Below are positions 40,504 to 50,959 of a stretch of DNA of 58,123 nt, piece after piece. A model generated the notes under the pieces. The model was given only the letters and a program-made list of their open reading frames with translations. It was not told the origin of the DNA and searched no databases. The stretch is from an uncultured bacterium (GTDB lineage Bacteria; Patescibacteriota; Minisyncoccia; Phycocordibacterales; CAIJYI01). Location of the stretch: positions 1 through 58,123 of the forward strand of contig CAIJYI010000022.1 of the NCBI GenBank assembly GCA_903824855.1, in the 5' to 3' direction. Within the stretch, counting starts at the first letter, position 1. Each line of letters begins with the position of its first letter. The position numbers and the translations under genes are program-made.

Positions 40504-41919
40504 TTAAATTTTTGGAAGATATGCCTCGGGATCCAAATAGGCATTGGTAGCCGTCGGCAACGGCATGGTAAAGGTTCTACCTGAACATGCCTTACTCGGC
40601 AAAGTCCCAACCGTAACACCGTCTGATGCGAACAAGCTGATGTGAAGATGTGGACCTGTTGAATATCCGGTATTTCCACTATAGCCGAGAAGTTCTCCGG
40701 ATACGACACGTTGACCTTGGCTGACTTTAATTAATGAAAAGTGAGCCATAAGCGTGGTAAGACCGTTGTCGTGTTTAACGAGCACCCATTTTCCATAGGA
40801 GGCTTTGGGACAAGCGACGTCGGTATCTCCGGTTCCCTGAATGACACCCGACGCCGCTGCGGTGATTGGTGTACCTGAGTTTACACCGAGGTCCACACCG
40901 TTGTGAGTGCCTGATGCATAGAGCCGAACGGAATCTTTAGTAATTCCAAAATGTTGAGTTACACGAGGATTTGTAATCGGCCATGATAATATTTTACTTC
41001 CACTCGTTGGGATTTCATTGCCGGATAATTTCCTTGTCAGTTTTGATTCATAGTCAGAGAGTTCTTTCTCCAACATTTGTGCCTTGGCTTTGTTTATATC
41101 GAGAATCTTTTGGTAATCACTCTCGCGACTTTTTGTTAATTTTAGAAGATCGTTTTTTTCTTTCTTTGCATTATCAAGAAGCGTTTTTTGATCGGTCAAT
41201 GTTGATTGATAGTTGGCAAGATTTTTCTTTTCAATTTCAACTAAAGCTTTTTTATCAACGAGTGATTTTTTATAAGCCAAAAGCTCTGTTACACGATTAC
41301 TGACTTTTTCGCGAAGTGCCGTAAGCTGAATTCCTTCATCAAGAATTTCAGAAAGTTTACCGTTCGAAAGAACCATCTCCACGGTAGTTCTCGAATCTGA
41401 TTGATCGAGTGTTCGAAGCATTTCGGCCACGGATTTATTTATGAGAACGATCTTTTTTTCAGTATCGCCAATAGACATGTTCAAGCTCGTAAACTTAAGC
41501 ATTGAAGATTCGAGTTGTTTTTGAGTCAACTGGATACTCGTATTCATTTTTTGTCTGCTAATATCAAGCACCTTCACCGTATTCTGCAAAGTGACCGCCT
41601 CGGTGTGTGTGAAAGTAAGTTGCTTTTCGTAGGTATCAATTTGTTTCTTTAAATCAGTCAGCTCGGTGTTTTTTTCAGAGATTTTTTGATTGAGTTCTAC
41701 CTCGCTCGCATCTCCGGGCACTGTATTTGTGGAATCGGTGGCAGAAACTACATCAGTCGCAGAAGTCTCAGCAACTGCGTTCTGAATTGGAAAATTTAAA
41801 AATAAAAGAGAAAAGACAGAGAAAAATGCCGTAGATAATATGAACATTACCCTCCATTGTTTTTTTGTTTCTTTTTCTGATATTTTCGAATGAACCATTT
41901 CCCTGTTATTATTACGCAA
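40504..41919 (-). CDS. Coiled-coil M23 peptidoglycan endopeptidase
   Basis: TM, long coiled coil, HNGVD, YGKWV, GNTGYSTGPHLH. Confidence 0.92.
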   Translation of the reverse strand: MRNNNREMVHSKISEKETKKQWRVMFILSTAFFSVFSLLFLNFPIQNAVAETSATDVVSATDSTNTVPGDASEVELNQKISEKNTELTDLKKQIDTYEKQLTFTHTEAVTLQNTVKVLDISRQKMNTSIQLTQKQLESSMLKFTSLNMSIGDTEKKIVLINKSVAEMLRTLDQSDSRTTVEMVLSNGKLSEILDEGIQLTALREKVSNRVTELLAYKKSLVDKKALVEIEKKNLANYQSTLTDQKTLLDNAKKEKNDLLKLTKSRESDYQKILDINKAKAQMLEKELSDYESKLTRKLSGNEIPTSGSKILSWPITNPRVTQHFGITKDSVRLYASGTHNGVDLGVNSGTPITAAASGVIQGTGDTDVACPKASYGKWVLVKHDNGLTTLMAHFSLIKVSQGQRVVSGELLGYSGNTGYSTGPHLHISLFASDGVTVGTLPSKACSGRTFTMPLPTATNAYLDPEAYLPKI

Positions 41920-41941
41920 TATAATTGACGAATGTCAATCG

Positions 41942-43078
41942 CTATGTTTTATTGTGTTCAAGTGACGTGCGGAGTAGTTGTAGTGCTATTGATTGTGCCG
42001 CTGTTGCATTATGTTTTCCGAAAAGAAGGGCTGCATCCTCCATAGCTTTCCTCATTTTTGGATTTGTCATGTATCGGTCGATTTCAGCGACGAGAAGATG
42101 TGGAGTGAGATTCTGCTCCTCAATAACAATCGATGAACCGCTCCTTGCGTAATGAAAGGCGTTCTGCCTCTGGTGATCACCATTTGATTCCGTAATCGGA
42201 ATAACAATACTTCCCCTCCCCCAAGAGGCAATTTCAAAAATAGTGGAGCCCGCACGGGAAATAACTAAATCAGAAACACCCGCAGACATTCTGAGAGTTA
42301 GGTCATTAAGGTATGGATATGATTTATAACGATCTCGATTTGGGATTCCGCTGAGAATCGTTTCCAATCGGCTATCAATTTCATTTTTATTCAGATCGCC
42401 GACCTGATGAATTATTTGGTATTTTTCAAGAAGGTCCGGGAGGGCATCAAGTATTACATTATTGATGATTTGAGAACCCTGTGAACCGCCGAGTATTAAA
42501 ATAACAGGAATACCTTCTACGAGATTGAGATACTTGAAACTTCCTTGAGTGAGCGGCATCAAAATTTCTTTACGAATCGGATTGCCGGTGACTACGGTTT
42601 TATCTTTTGGAAAAAATTTAACGGCGTCCGAGTAAGAAACTGCGATATATTTAGCGAATTTTGAAGCCCACAGATTTACTCTTCCAGGTACTGTATCGGA
42701 TTCATGGATCATTACGGGAATGTTTAATAGCCGTGCTGCAAAGAGCGTTGGATAGCTTGCAAATCCGCCTTTCCCAAATACAACATCGGGATAAATTGAA
42801 AACAGTATTCTTAATGATTTAAGAATAGCAAAAAAAGTTACAAAAAGATCGGAGAAATTCTTTAAGGAAAAATATCCGCGACGCTTTCCTGTTTTAACCT
42901 CAATATAAGTTACATTATGGTTAAATAAAAGTTTTGCATCATACGGGGCGTTAGAAACAAAATAAATTTCGCTCGGTAAGAGATGTTCTTTTGTTTCAAT
43001 ATCTTGGATTGCTTCGACAACGGCGATTATGGGATAAAAATGTCCGCCTGATCCCCCGCCGGCAAATAGTATTTTCAT
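41942..43078 (-). CDS. murG: MurG glycosyltransferase
   Basis: GGGSGGHFYP, GKGGF, HESD, TGNPIR, GGSQGS, SRAG, HQRQNA. Confidence 0.96.
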   Translation of the reverse strand: MKILFAGGGSGGHFYPIIAVVEAIQDIETKEHLLPSEIYFVSNAPYDAKLLFNHNVTYIEVKTGKRRGYFSLKNFSDLFVTFFAILKSLRILFSIYPDVVFGKGGFASYPTLFAARLLNIPVMIHESDTVPGRVNLWASKFAKYIAVSYSDAVKFFPKDKTVVTGNPIRKEILMPLTQGSFKYLNLVEGIPVILILGGSQGSQIINNVILDALPDLLEKYQIIHQVGDLNKNEIDSRLETILSGIPNRDRYKSYPYLNDLTLRMSAGVSDLVISRAGSTIFEIASWGRGSIVIPITESNGDHQRQNAFHYARSGSSIVIEEQNLTPHLLVAEIDRYMTNPKMRKAMEDAALLFGKHNATAAQSIALQLLRTSLEHNKT

Positions 43079-43392
43079 AGACTTATATTATAACCGATTT
43101 TCAATATTATTTCACACTTAAAAAGAGTAAAACTGGGGAAATATTAAATGAAATAAATGTTGACAAAACATATAAAAATCTGTACTCACTGAACCAGTGA
43201 GAAGGTGTTGCTTTTTACTGCTCTAGAAATTAAATGGTCATATTTCTTCGAGTCGTGCAAATACAAGGGCTGAGCAACCTCCCCATGGTTGAATTTACGG
43301 ACTAATAACCTCCGCAAATGGTACCCGCAATCATGATATTCTTTTAAAGAAACGGAAGAATATTTGGAAGCCCCACGATTGTGGGGCTTTTT

Positions 43393-44508
43393 TTATTGTG
43401 AGATTGATCCGACTTTATACCGCGAAATATTCAAAATTATTCCTACCTCTGCGAGAGCAAATAAAAGCGCAGTCCCACCGTGACTAATGAAAAGAAGAGG
43501 GACTCCTGTTAGCGGAAAAAGCCCAACCATAGAGGCGATGTTAATAAATGATTGCGTAATGATAAGAATGACTATTCCAATTACCAGGAGTCTGGAAAAA
43601 CGATCGGGGGCTTGAGAGGAAATACGGAAACCTCTCATGGCAAATAATACAAACAAAAAAATAATTAAGGAGCTACCGACAAAACCAAATTCTTCTGACG
43701 CAACAGCAAAAATGGAGTCGTTAGTTGGTTCAGGTAAAAACGGCGGAAATTTTTGAATTCCCTGCCCGAAACCACGCCCGAACAATTTTCCCGATCCGAC
43801 GGCTATCAAGGATTGATTCATTTGATAACCTGCGCCTTGTGGATCTTTGTCGGGATTCATAAAAATATCGATACGATCCCAAAGATAGGGTTTCAATTGA
43901 ACTACAATGAAGAATAAAATTATTCCGGTAATGATAATTGCGAAAATGTGAGAAAGTTTTCCACCTGCAGAAAAGAACATTGCCATACCGGCAGCCACGA
44001 TAATACCGAAGGTTCCAATGTCCGGTTGAGCTACTAAAAGCATAGCCGGAAACAAAAGGAAAATTAAAAAAGGCATCGTTCCGAACTTGAATGTTCGAAC
44101 CTTATCTTTTGCGGAAGAAAGCCACGCCGCTAAATAAAGAACAAAACCCAATTTAAGCAATTCGGAAGGTTGAAATGTTGTTAGACGAAGATCAATCCAT
44201 CTTTTTGCTCCGCCGTGCGCAAAACCAATCCCGGGGACAAACACAAAACAGGTAAGAATTATACTGATGACAAAAAGATAAAAGGAAAAAGAACGAAGGT
44301 ATTTATAATTAAAACGAGAAGCCATATACATCGCCGTTATGCCCAAAACCAACCCAAGGAGTATCTGGCTGACAAATACATTTTCAAAGGATTCGCCCCC
44401 ATTGCGGGCAAGTAAACCGAATGATGCCGAAAGAAATACAAAAAAACCGCCAAACAAAAGTAAGAGTGTTATACCGAGAAAAATTTTGTCGACCGATTTT
44501 CCGCTCAT
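43393..44508 (-). CDS. ftsW: SEDS peptidoglycan glycosyltransferase FtsW
   Basis: GAKRW, QPSE, QPDIGT, GYQ, LPEP..D.IF, TGVPL.FIS.GG; between mraY and murG. Confidence 0.93.
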   Translation of the reverse strand: MSGKSVDKIFLGITLLLLFGGFFVFLSASFGLLARNGGESFENVFVSQILLGLVLGITAMYMASRFNYKYLRSFSFYLFVISIILTCFVFVPGIGFAHGGAKRWIDLRLTTFQPSELLKLGFVLYLAAWLSSAKDKVRTFKFGTMPFLIFLLFPAMLLVAQPDIGTFGIIVAAGMAMFFSAGGKLSHIFAIIITGIILFFIVVQLKPYLWDRIDIFMNPDKDPQGAGYQMNQSLIAVGSGKLFGRGFGQGIQKFPPFLPEPTNDSIFAVASEEFGFVGSSLIIFLFVLFAMRGFRISSQAPDRFSRLLVIGIVILIITQSFINIASMVGLFPLTGVPLLFISHGGTALLFALAEVGIILNISRYKVGSISQ

Positions 44509-44526
44509 TAAATAATTAATTTTTTA

Positions 44527-45606
44527 TTAAATTAAATTTCCGGAGAGTGCGATAATAACCCCAATCAAGGCAAAAATAATAGAAATGACCCAATAGCGCA
44601 TGGTGACTTTGTAGGCCGGCCATCCGATTGCTTCGAAATGATGATGTATCGGTGCGATAAGAAAAACCTTTTTTCCGTGTCTAAATTTTTTGGAGGTTAC
44701 CTGAATTACATTCGAAAGTACGGTTATGGTAAGAGGAAATGCAACAACAGGAAGAACCGCCAATCCTTTACCTTCAACATGAGCGTCTGTAAGAAAAGCA
44801 ACGACGGCAAGCGTGAGTGTTAACCCCATACTGCCGGTTTCAGACATATAAAACCGTGCAGGCGGAATATTAAACCAGAGAAAAGCCAGCAAACCGCCGA
44901 CTATAACGAAACAGAACGCGGAAATATCAATTTGTTGTTGGTAAAAGGAAATTACACCGTAAGCAGAAAAAATGACAGCAAATACTCCTCCGGCTAATCC
45001 GTCGATTCCGTCTATTACGCCACTCGAGTAAACGGCAAGCATCACCAGAGAAAAAATCGGGATGAACCAAATGCCGATATCGACAGATCCATCAAAAGGA
45101 ACGGAGACTATGGAAACGCCAAGTTTTGTGTAAAACCACCACGCACCGACTAGCGAAATTAGAAATACAATAAAAAGACGTTTTTTCAGAGAAAGACCTC
45201 CTGCGATATGATCTCCTGTACCCATGACTTCATAAAAATCATCAATGAGCCCAATGAGAGAGCCCGCAATCAGCGTGAAAAGAGGGAGCCATGTCGTATT
45301 ACGATGAAGAAAATTAAGTTTGCCTGTTATACTATTTGGGAAAAATTCAGAAAGAAGCCAGATAATAATGACGGTAAGTAGAACACTCCCCCAAATAATT
45401 ATTCCGCCCATTTTTGGCGTGCCTACTTCCCTATCTTTATGGAGCGAATTAAAAATTGGAGTAGCGCTTCCATCCATGGCAACCTTGCCGGATTTCTTTT
45501 TCCACATTTTATGCTTATACAGAAAATGCGTTAAAGCAGGAGTCATAAGAATCCCGACAAAAAAAGCGATAGCTGTTGGCACAAATACTTTTACAACGTC
45601 TAGCAT
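44527..45606 (-). CDS. mraY: Phospho-MurNAc-pentapeptide transferase
   Basis: GTPKMGG, GLIDD, DGIDGL, FNIPPA, APIHHHFE. Confidence 0.95.
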   Translation of the reverse strand: MLDVVKVFVPTAIAFFVGILMTPALTHFLYKHKMWKKKSGKVAMDGSATPIFNSLHKDREVGTPKMGGIIIWGSVLLTVIIIWLLSEFFPNSITGKLNFLHRNTTWLPLFTLIAGSLIGLIDDFYEVMGTGDHIAGGLSLKKRLFIVFLISLVGAWWFYTKLGVSIVSVPFDGSVDIGIWFIPIFSLVMLAVYSSGVIDGIDGLAGGVFAVIFSAYGVISFYQQQIDISAFCFVIVGGLLAFLWFNIPPARFYMSETGSMGLTLTLAVVAFLTDAHVEGKGLAVLPVVAFPLTITVLSNVIQVTSKKFRHGKKVFLIAPIHHHFEAIGWPAYKVTMRYWVISIIFALIGVIIALSGNLI

Positions 45607-45691
45607 TTATATAGTATAAGCGAAAACGGATGAAATATAAAGAGTGCATAAAAAAAACGAGTCCTGCTGTACAGAACTCGTTTTTGTAATA

Positions 45692-46003
45692 CTAACACTC
45701 AGATAAATGTTTGAGTTTTCCTCCGGGAAATTTTTGAATAAGGGTAAAAAAGGATCGGCCTATTTTGTTTTGATCCGTCGGCTCATAAACAACAATCTCG
45801 TAATTTTTTCCGCCAAGAGTAACTCCATCGGGAAATGATTTTTTTGCCAATTCAATTAATTCCGGTGTAGCCGTTAGACCGGGAGTGTGATTTTTAAAAT
45901 GATTAATTATTCCATCGAGCAATTCCGTAGCCTCCTTCGATATTTCCTCATTCTCGCTCAACTCATTCCACCATTCGCTCTCAGGTAAAGCAATTTCATG
46001 CAT
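45692..46003 (-). CDS. Hypothetical protein (paralog of the next ORF)
   Basis: Shares EPT..., K[FY]P.GK.K.LSE with 46103..46411. Confidence 0.7.
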   Translation of the reverse strand: MHEIALPESEWWNELSENEEISKEATELLDGIINHFKNHTPGLTATPELIELAKKSFPDGVTLGGKNYEIVVYEPTDQNKIGRSFFTLIQKFPGGKLKHLSEC

Positions 46004-46102
46004 AAAAATAATATAGTTAATGTTTAATTATTTAATTATAAGATAAATCATTAAAAATGCAAATAAAAAAGGCTCCGTAATACGGAGCCAAATAAATAAA
46101 AA

Positions 46103-46411
46103 TTAATATTCGGAAAGAATTTTAATTTTCCCGTTCGGATATTTTTCTTCAAGAACAAAGCAATATTCATTCGGTTTTTCGCTTGTCGGCTCGAATATCA
46201 TAAGTTCAAATTCTCTATTCTCAATTTCGATAATGCCGGAAGAAAAATACTCTTTCACATAGGTAATTTGTTCACATGAACAGGGATACTTGAATCCCCT
46301 GTTGCGACAAATCAAAAGTATTCGAAGAATGTGTTTAATGTCTCCGCGAAGCGATACCTCCTCAATTTCATCAATCCAAGCTTTTTCTGTTAAAACAATC
46401 TTTTTTATCAC
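46103..46411 (-). CDS. Hypothetical protein (paralog of the previous ORF)
   Basis: AGGAG SD; similar length and motifs to 45692..46003. Confidence 0.7.
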   Translation of the reverse strand: MIKKIVLTEKAWIDEIEEVSLRGDIKHILRILLICRNRGFKYPCSCEQITYVKEYFSSGIIEIENREFELMIFEPTSEKPNEYCFVLEEKYPNGKIKILSEY

Positions 46412-46536
46412 TATTACTCTCCTGTCTTAGATATGAATTATACTAAGAAGTAGAATAGCACACTATTTAAATACTGGCAAGTAATTTAACAATTTATATT
46501 TTGACGTATTGCCGTGTTAATTATATACTCACAAAC

Positions 46537-47439
46537 ATGACAAATATCCTGCCAAAAATAATAGCGATACTTGGTCCAACTTCATCAGGAAAAAGCGATG
46601 TGGCTGTTTTGCTCGCCAAAAAATTTGACGGAGAAGTCATTTCCGCTGATTCAAGACAGGTATATAAAGGGCTCGATATTGCCACAGGAAAAATCACAAA
46701 GGAGGAAATGCGTGATATTCCTCATCATATGCTTGATGTCGCCGATCCAAAAGACCAATATTCTGTGGCTCAATTTAAAAGAGAAGCGGAAAAAATAATT
46801 GATGATATTTTAAAACGGAATAAGACCCCAATTATCTGCGGAGGTACCGGGCAATATGTCGATGCTATTACGGAAAATTATATTACTCCGACGACACTTC
46901 CGAATTATGAATTAAGAGAAGAACTTTCCGGAAAAACTGTCGAGCAGTTATATTCGGAGTTGCTCATTTTAGACCCGAAACGTGCATTAGATATTGACCG
47001 AAATAACCCACGACGACTTATCCGAGCGATTGAAATTGCACATGACTTAGGTACTGTTCCGAAACAGGAAGAAACACCTCTTAAATATGATGCGTTAAAA
47101 ATTGCTATTTCAACCGACAAAGAAACGCTTCGATCGCGAATTGAAATGCGTACCCAAAAACGTATTGATCAAGGGATGATTGATGAAGCAAAATCGCTCC
47201 ATGAAAATGGTTTAACATTTAAAAGGATGAGAGAACTTGGTCTTGAATATAAATATCTTGCGGATTATCTTGAAGGAGAAATCACTATCGACAAATTGAA
47301 ACAGGAAATATTCTTCAAGGACTGGCAGTATGCAAAACGACAAATGACATGGCTGAAGCGAGATACAAATATTCACTGGTTCGCACTTTCAGATATGCAA
47401 AAAATATTTGATGAGGTGAAATATTTTCTAGAGAAATAA
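46537..47439 (+). CDS. miaA: tRNA dimethylallyltransferase
   Basis: GPTSSGKS, SADSRQVY, GGTG.Y, YAKRQMTW. Confidence 0.97.
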   Translation: MTNILPKIIAILGPTSSGKSDVAVLLAKKFDGEVISADSRQVYKGLDIATGKITKEEMRDIPHHMLDVADPKDQYSVAQFKREAEKIIDDILKRNKTPIICGGTGQYVDAITENYITPTTLPNYELREELSGKTVEQLYSELLILDPKRALDIDRNNPRRLIRAIEIAHDLGTVPKQEETPLKYDALKIAISTDKETLRSRIEMRTQKRIDQGMIDEAKSLHENGLTFKRMRELGLEYKYLADYLEGEITIDKLKQEIFFKDWQYAKRQMTWLKRDTNIHWFALSDMQKIFDEVKYFLEK

Positions 47440-47494
47440 AAATTTAAAAAAACGCCCCAACAATTTTGTCGTGGCGTTGATGTATTATATATTA

Positions 47495-48391
47495 TCAATG
47501 AACTACTTTCTTAACGTATTTATTGATAACACTATTTGGAACAAAAAGACCAATGCTAACGAGGGTTCCTGAACCCGGTTCAACCATAACCTGAGAAACG
47601 ACACCGACTAACTTCATGTCGTCTAGTGTGATAACAGGACCGCCGGAATTGCCGGGAACAATGGGTGCAATCACATACATGAATTTCCCCTCTTCGGTTT
47701 TTACATCTTCAGACCTCGCGATTCGTCCATCCATTATAGCATTATGAACACCAAGAGGACCTCCGATCATGACGACCGCTTTATCTGACAAAGCAGAGCT
47801 GTCGGCATCTGATAGTACTACTCCGGGAGCGTTGAAATTTTTATACTTATTAACTCTCAACATTCCAAGTTCCTCATCACCTAATGCGACAACCGAGGCG
47901 AGAAAAGTATCCCCATCGCGATTGGTTAAGGTGTATTCAGGGACAAGTGTCATATCGACATACATTCCCGGACTCTTTTTCTCAAGAGTCACTTTTGTCT
48001 TTTCCATTAAAGCAAGTGCTCCTTCAGGATTAATAACGTGTTTTGCTGTAATCAAATATCCTTTACCATTCGAGATAACAGTAGCACCGCCACCGACGCC
48101 AAACAATAATTTACGAACGCGGTTTAACGGTTCGCCTTTTTTTTCAGGATTATCATATAATTTAACATCGACAAAGTAACGTGAATTGACGGAAAAATAT
48201 GACTTATCGGCAATATTGTCACGCACATATTTATGCGCGTCATCAAGGGCTAATACGGTATTCTGACCGGGATACAATTCGGACTTGCCGGAATAATAGC
48301 CATTATTATGATTAAAAGTAAAGATAATTATAAAAAGCAGGGCAAGCAGAGAAATTACGCAATAATGCTTAATTTTTAAATCGGTCTTCAT
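47495..48391 (-). CDS. Membrane-anchored trypsin-like (S1/HtrA-type) serine protease, no PDZ
   Basis: ITAKHV and PGNSGGP motifs; N-terminal TM. Confidence 0.85.
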   Translation of the reverse strand: MKTDLKIKHYCVISLLALLFIIIFTFNHNNGYYSGKSELYPGQNTVLALDDAHKYVRDNIADKSYFSVNSRYFVDVKLYDNPEKKGEPLNRVRKLLFGVGGGATVISNGKGYLITAKHVINPEGALALMEKTKVTLEKKSPGMYVDMTLVPEYTLTNRDGDTFLASVVALGDEELGMLRVNKYKNFNAPGVVLSDADSSALSDKAVVMIGGPLGVHNAIMDGRIARSEDVKTEEGKFMYVIAPIVPGNSGGPVITLDDMKLVGVVSQVMVEPGSGTLVSIGLFVPNSVINKYVKKVVH

Positions 48392-48513
48392 TGAACTCTC
48401 CTATGTGAAAGAAGTTTATCTAATGTAAAGCGTAGCTTTTTCGCCGAAATAGGTCAATTTACATATACTTTTTTTTATGCTCAAATATATTTTTTTTGAA
48501 ATAGATAAGGGTA

Positions 48514-48541
48514 TTGACAAATCTATCGATTGTAGTATACT
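48514..48541 (+). promoter_or_regulatory. Sigma70-type promoter
   Basis: TTGACA-16 nt-TATACT. Confidence 0.65.
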
Positions 48542-48589
48542 GTTTTCGGGTGCCAATAACACATATATTAAACTCAAAAGGAGGATATT

Positions 48590-48694
48590 ATGTTATCTCA
48601 AATAGCTTTTGCATTCATTGCCGTCGGAAGCGTCTTTGTTTTCTGCCTCGTCCTAGTCTGGAAACATATCACGTTGAACATGAAGGACAAATAG
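48590..48694 (+). CDS. Single-TM micropeptide (34 aa)
   Basis: AAGGAGG SD; MLSQIAFAFIAVGSVFVFCLVLVWKHITLNMKDK; own promoter and terminator. Confidence 0.7.
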   Translation: MLSQIAFAFIAVGSVFVFCLVLVWKHITLNMKDK

Positions 48695-48777
48695 CATCTA
48701 TGACTCGTGCCCCAATCCGGAGTACGAGCCATTTTTTTACCCTTTACATATCCTTAAAACACCATATAATCGACATT

Positions 48778-49983
48778 ATGAACATACTTGCCATCGAAAC
48801 ATCCTGCGACGAAACAGCGATTAGTATCATCGAAATCCCCCACGCGAATAAAAATACCACGACAATACTTTCCAATGTGGTAGTTTCCCAGATAGAACTT
48901 CATAGGCCTTATGGGGGTGTATTTCCGATGCTGGCAAAAAGGGAGCATTCAAAAAATATTGTACCCGTTCTCGAAACAGCACTTCGCGATGCCGATCTTT
49001 TGAAACTAAAAAAGAAAACTTCCCCATTACCTGAAAATATTCTTGCAGGTTTAAAAAAGATTTTTGAAAGAGAGCCGGAACTTCACGATATTTTTATTGA
49101 ATTTTTTTCGAAGATTACAACGCCAAAAATTGACGTCATTGCTTTCACTCGAGGTCCGGGGCTCGCTCCCGCTCTTTGGGTCGGAGTCAATTTTGCTCGT
49201 GCCCTTTCTTTCGTTTGGGAAAAACCGTTACTGCCGGTAAATCATATGGAGGGGCACATGCTTTCCCCTTTGTTAAAAAGAACCACTGAAAAGAAAGCCT
49301 TCATCACAAAACCTGAATATCCCATTCTTGCGTTACTCATCAGTGGAGGTCATACAGAAATAGTGCTCTCGAAGAAACTTTTTTCCTATAAGGTTATAGG
49401 AACCACCAGAGATGATGCGGTAGGCGAAGCTTTTGATAAAGCTGCGCGAATTCTTGGACTTCCCTATCCCGGTGGACCGGAAATTTCACGGCAGGCTGAT
49501 AGATTTCGAAAAAAAGGAATCGCTGCCAGCGGAAAATATAAACTGCCTCGCCCGATGATACATTCGGATGACTTTGATTTCTCATTTTCAGGAATTAAAA
49601 CCGCCGTTCTGTATATGGTACAAAAAATACCGAATTTAACGGAAGATATTCGAGAAGAAGTTTGTTTTGAATTTGAGAACGCCGTCACAGAAACATTGCT
49701 TTCAAAAATGATGAAGGCAACGATAAAATATAATCCGCAGACGGTACTTCTCGGCGGAGGTGTTGCTTCTAACTCGCATATTCAAAAAGAGTTCCACGAT
49801 TCCTTTAAAAAGGAATTTCCTGAAGTAAGTGTTTCTGTTCCGGAAAAAGAACTTTCGACTGACAATGCACTTATGATAGCACTTGCCGGCTCTCTTCGTT
49901 TTTTGGGTGACAAAAAAAGCGTTCTTGCTTTTGATTCGAGAAAGATTAAAAACATCAAGGCCGACGGAAATTGGTCACTTTAA
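48778..49983 (+). CDS. tsaD: tRNA t6A carbamoyltransferase TsaD
   Basis: MNILAIETSCDET, HMEGH, SGGHT, DDAVGEAFDK, TDNALMI; true start 48778. Confidence 0.97.
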   Translation: MNILAIETSCDETAISIIEIPHANKNTTTILSNVVVSQIELHRPYGGVFPMLAKREHSKNIVPVLETALRDADLLKLKKKTSPLPENILAGLKKIFEREPELHDIFIEFFSKITTPKIDVIAFTRGPGLAPALWVGVNFARALSFVWEKPLLPVNHMEGHMLSPLLKRTTEKKAFITKPEYPILALLISGGHTEIVLSKKLFSYKVIGTTRDDAVGEAFDKAARILGLPYPGGPEISRQADRFRKKGIAASGKYKLPRPMIHSDDFDFSFSGIKTAVLYMVQKIPNLTEDIREEVCFEFENAVTETLLSKMMKATIKYNPQTVLLGGGVASNSHIQKEFHDSFKKEFPEVSVSVPEKELSTDNALMIALAGSLRFLGDKKSVLAFDSRKIKNIKADGNWSL

Positions 49984-50044
49984 TTTCTCTCATCATTAAC
50001 CGGCTCTGTTTGTGCTTTTTTGCTCTGCATATTATTATAGTTAC

Positions 50045-50917
50045 ATGATGAATAACCAAACCCCATTTATTTTTTTTGGAACACCCGCATTTGCCGTTGG
50101 TATTCTTGATGAACTGGAAAAAAATGGATTAATTCCGTCTCTTGTTGTTACCGGCTTGGACAAACCAAAAGGGAGAAAACTGATTCTCACTAAACCGGAA
50201 GCAAAGGTTTGGGCAGAAAAACGGAATATTCCCGTCCTACAACTGGAAAAACTGGATGATGATGCTGTTGAGAAATTGAAGATTTATAACTCACCTCTTT
50301 TTGTTGTCGCCGCCTATGGAAAGTTAATTCCGAACAGAATTCTTGAATTGCCAAAATTAGGGACAATAAACGTCCATCCTTCATTACTGCCGAAACTCCG
50401 AGGTGCATCTCCCCTTCAGTCAGCTATTCTTTCCGAAAATAAAACCGGGGTGTCTATTATGCTTATCGACGATGAAATGGATCATGGCCCGATTCTCGCA
50501 CAAGAGGAATCGATATCTTGGGAAAACAATCTGTTAAATCTTCCAAAATCAAGTGTGCTTCAAGATATGCTTGCAAAAATCGGAGGGCGCATGCTTTCCG
50601 AAGTTATTCCAAAATATGTTCGTAATGAAATAGTTCCGGTAGTTCAGAATCATGTTCAGGCGACTTATACAAAAAAGATTTCAAAAGATGACGGATTATT
50701 GAATTTTGAGGACAACATGGAGAGCAATTATAGGAAAATTAAGGCTTTCGATGTATGGCCTCGTGCATACTTTTTTCAAGAATGCCATGAAAAACAGATT
50801 CGTGTAATAGTCACAGACGCCACGATTAAAAATAATGAACTTGTTCTCATGAAAGTAATTCCCGAAGGAGGAAAGGAAATGCCTTACGAAGAATTCCTTC
50901 ACAAGTGTAATAAATAA
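50045..50917 (+). CDS. fmt: Methionyl-tRNA formyltransferase
   Basis: FFGTP.FA, VAAYG, NVHPSLLP..RGASP, MDHGPI. Confidence 0.96.
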   Translation: MMNNQTPFIFFGTPAFAVGILDELEKNGLIPSLVVTGLDKPKGRKLILTKPEAKVWAEKRNIPVLQLEKLDDDAVEKLKIYNSPLFVVAAYGKLIPNRILELPKLGTINVHPSLLPKLRGASPLQSAILSENKTGVSIMLIDDEMDHGPILAQEESISWENNLLNLPKSSVLQDMLAKIGGRMLSEVIPKYVRNEIVPVVQNHVQATYTKKISKDDGLLNFEDNMESNYRKIKAFDVWPRAYFFQECHEKQIRVIVTDATIKNNELVLMKVIPEGGKEMPYEEFLHKCNK

Positions 50918-50959
50918 ATATTTTAAAACCCCCTCACAGGAGGGGGTTTTAAGTATATT

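Noticed and set aside
40504..41919. EnvC-type inactive amidase activator
   Set aside because: Zn ligands HxxxD and HxH are intact, so an active M23 peptidase is more likely
48514..48777. 88-aa N-terminal extension of TsaD
   Set aside because: The TTG 'start' is the -35 box; homology begins at ATG 48778 and the region holds a separate small gene
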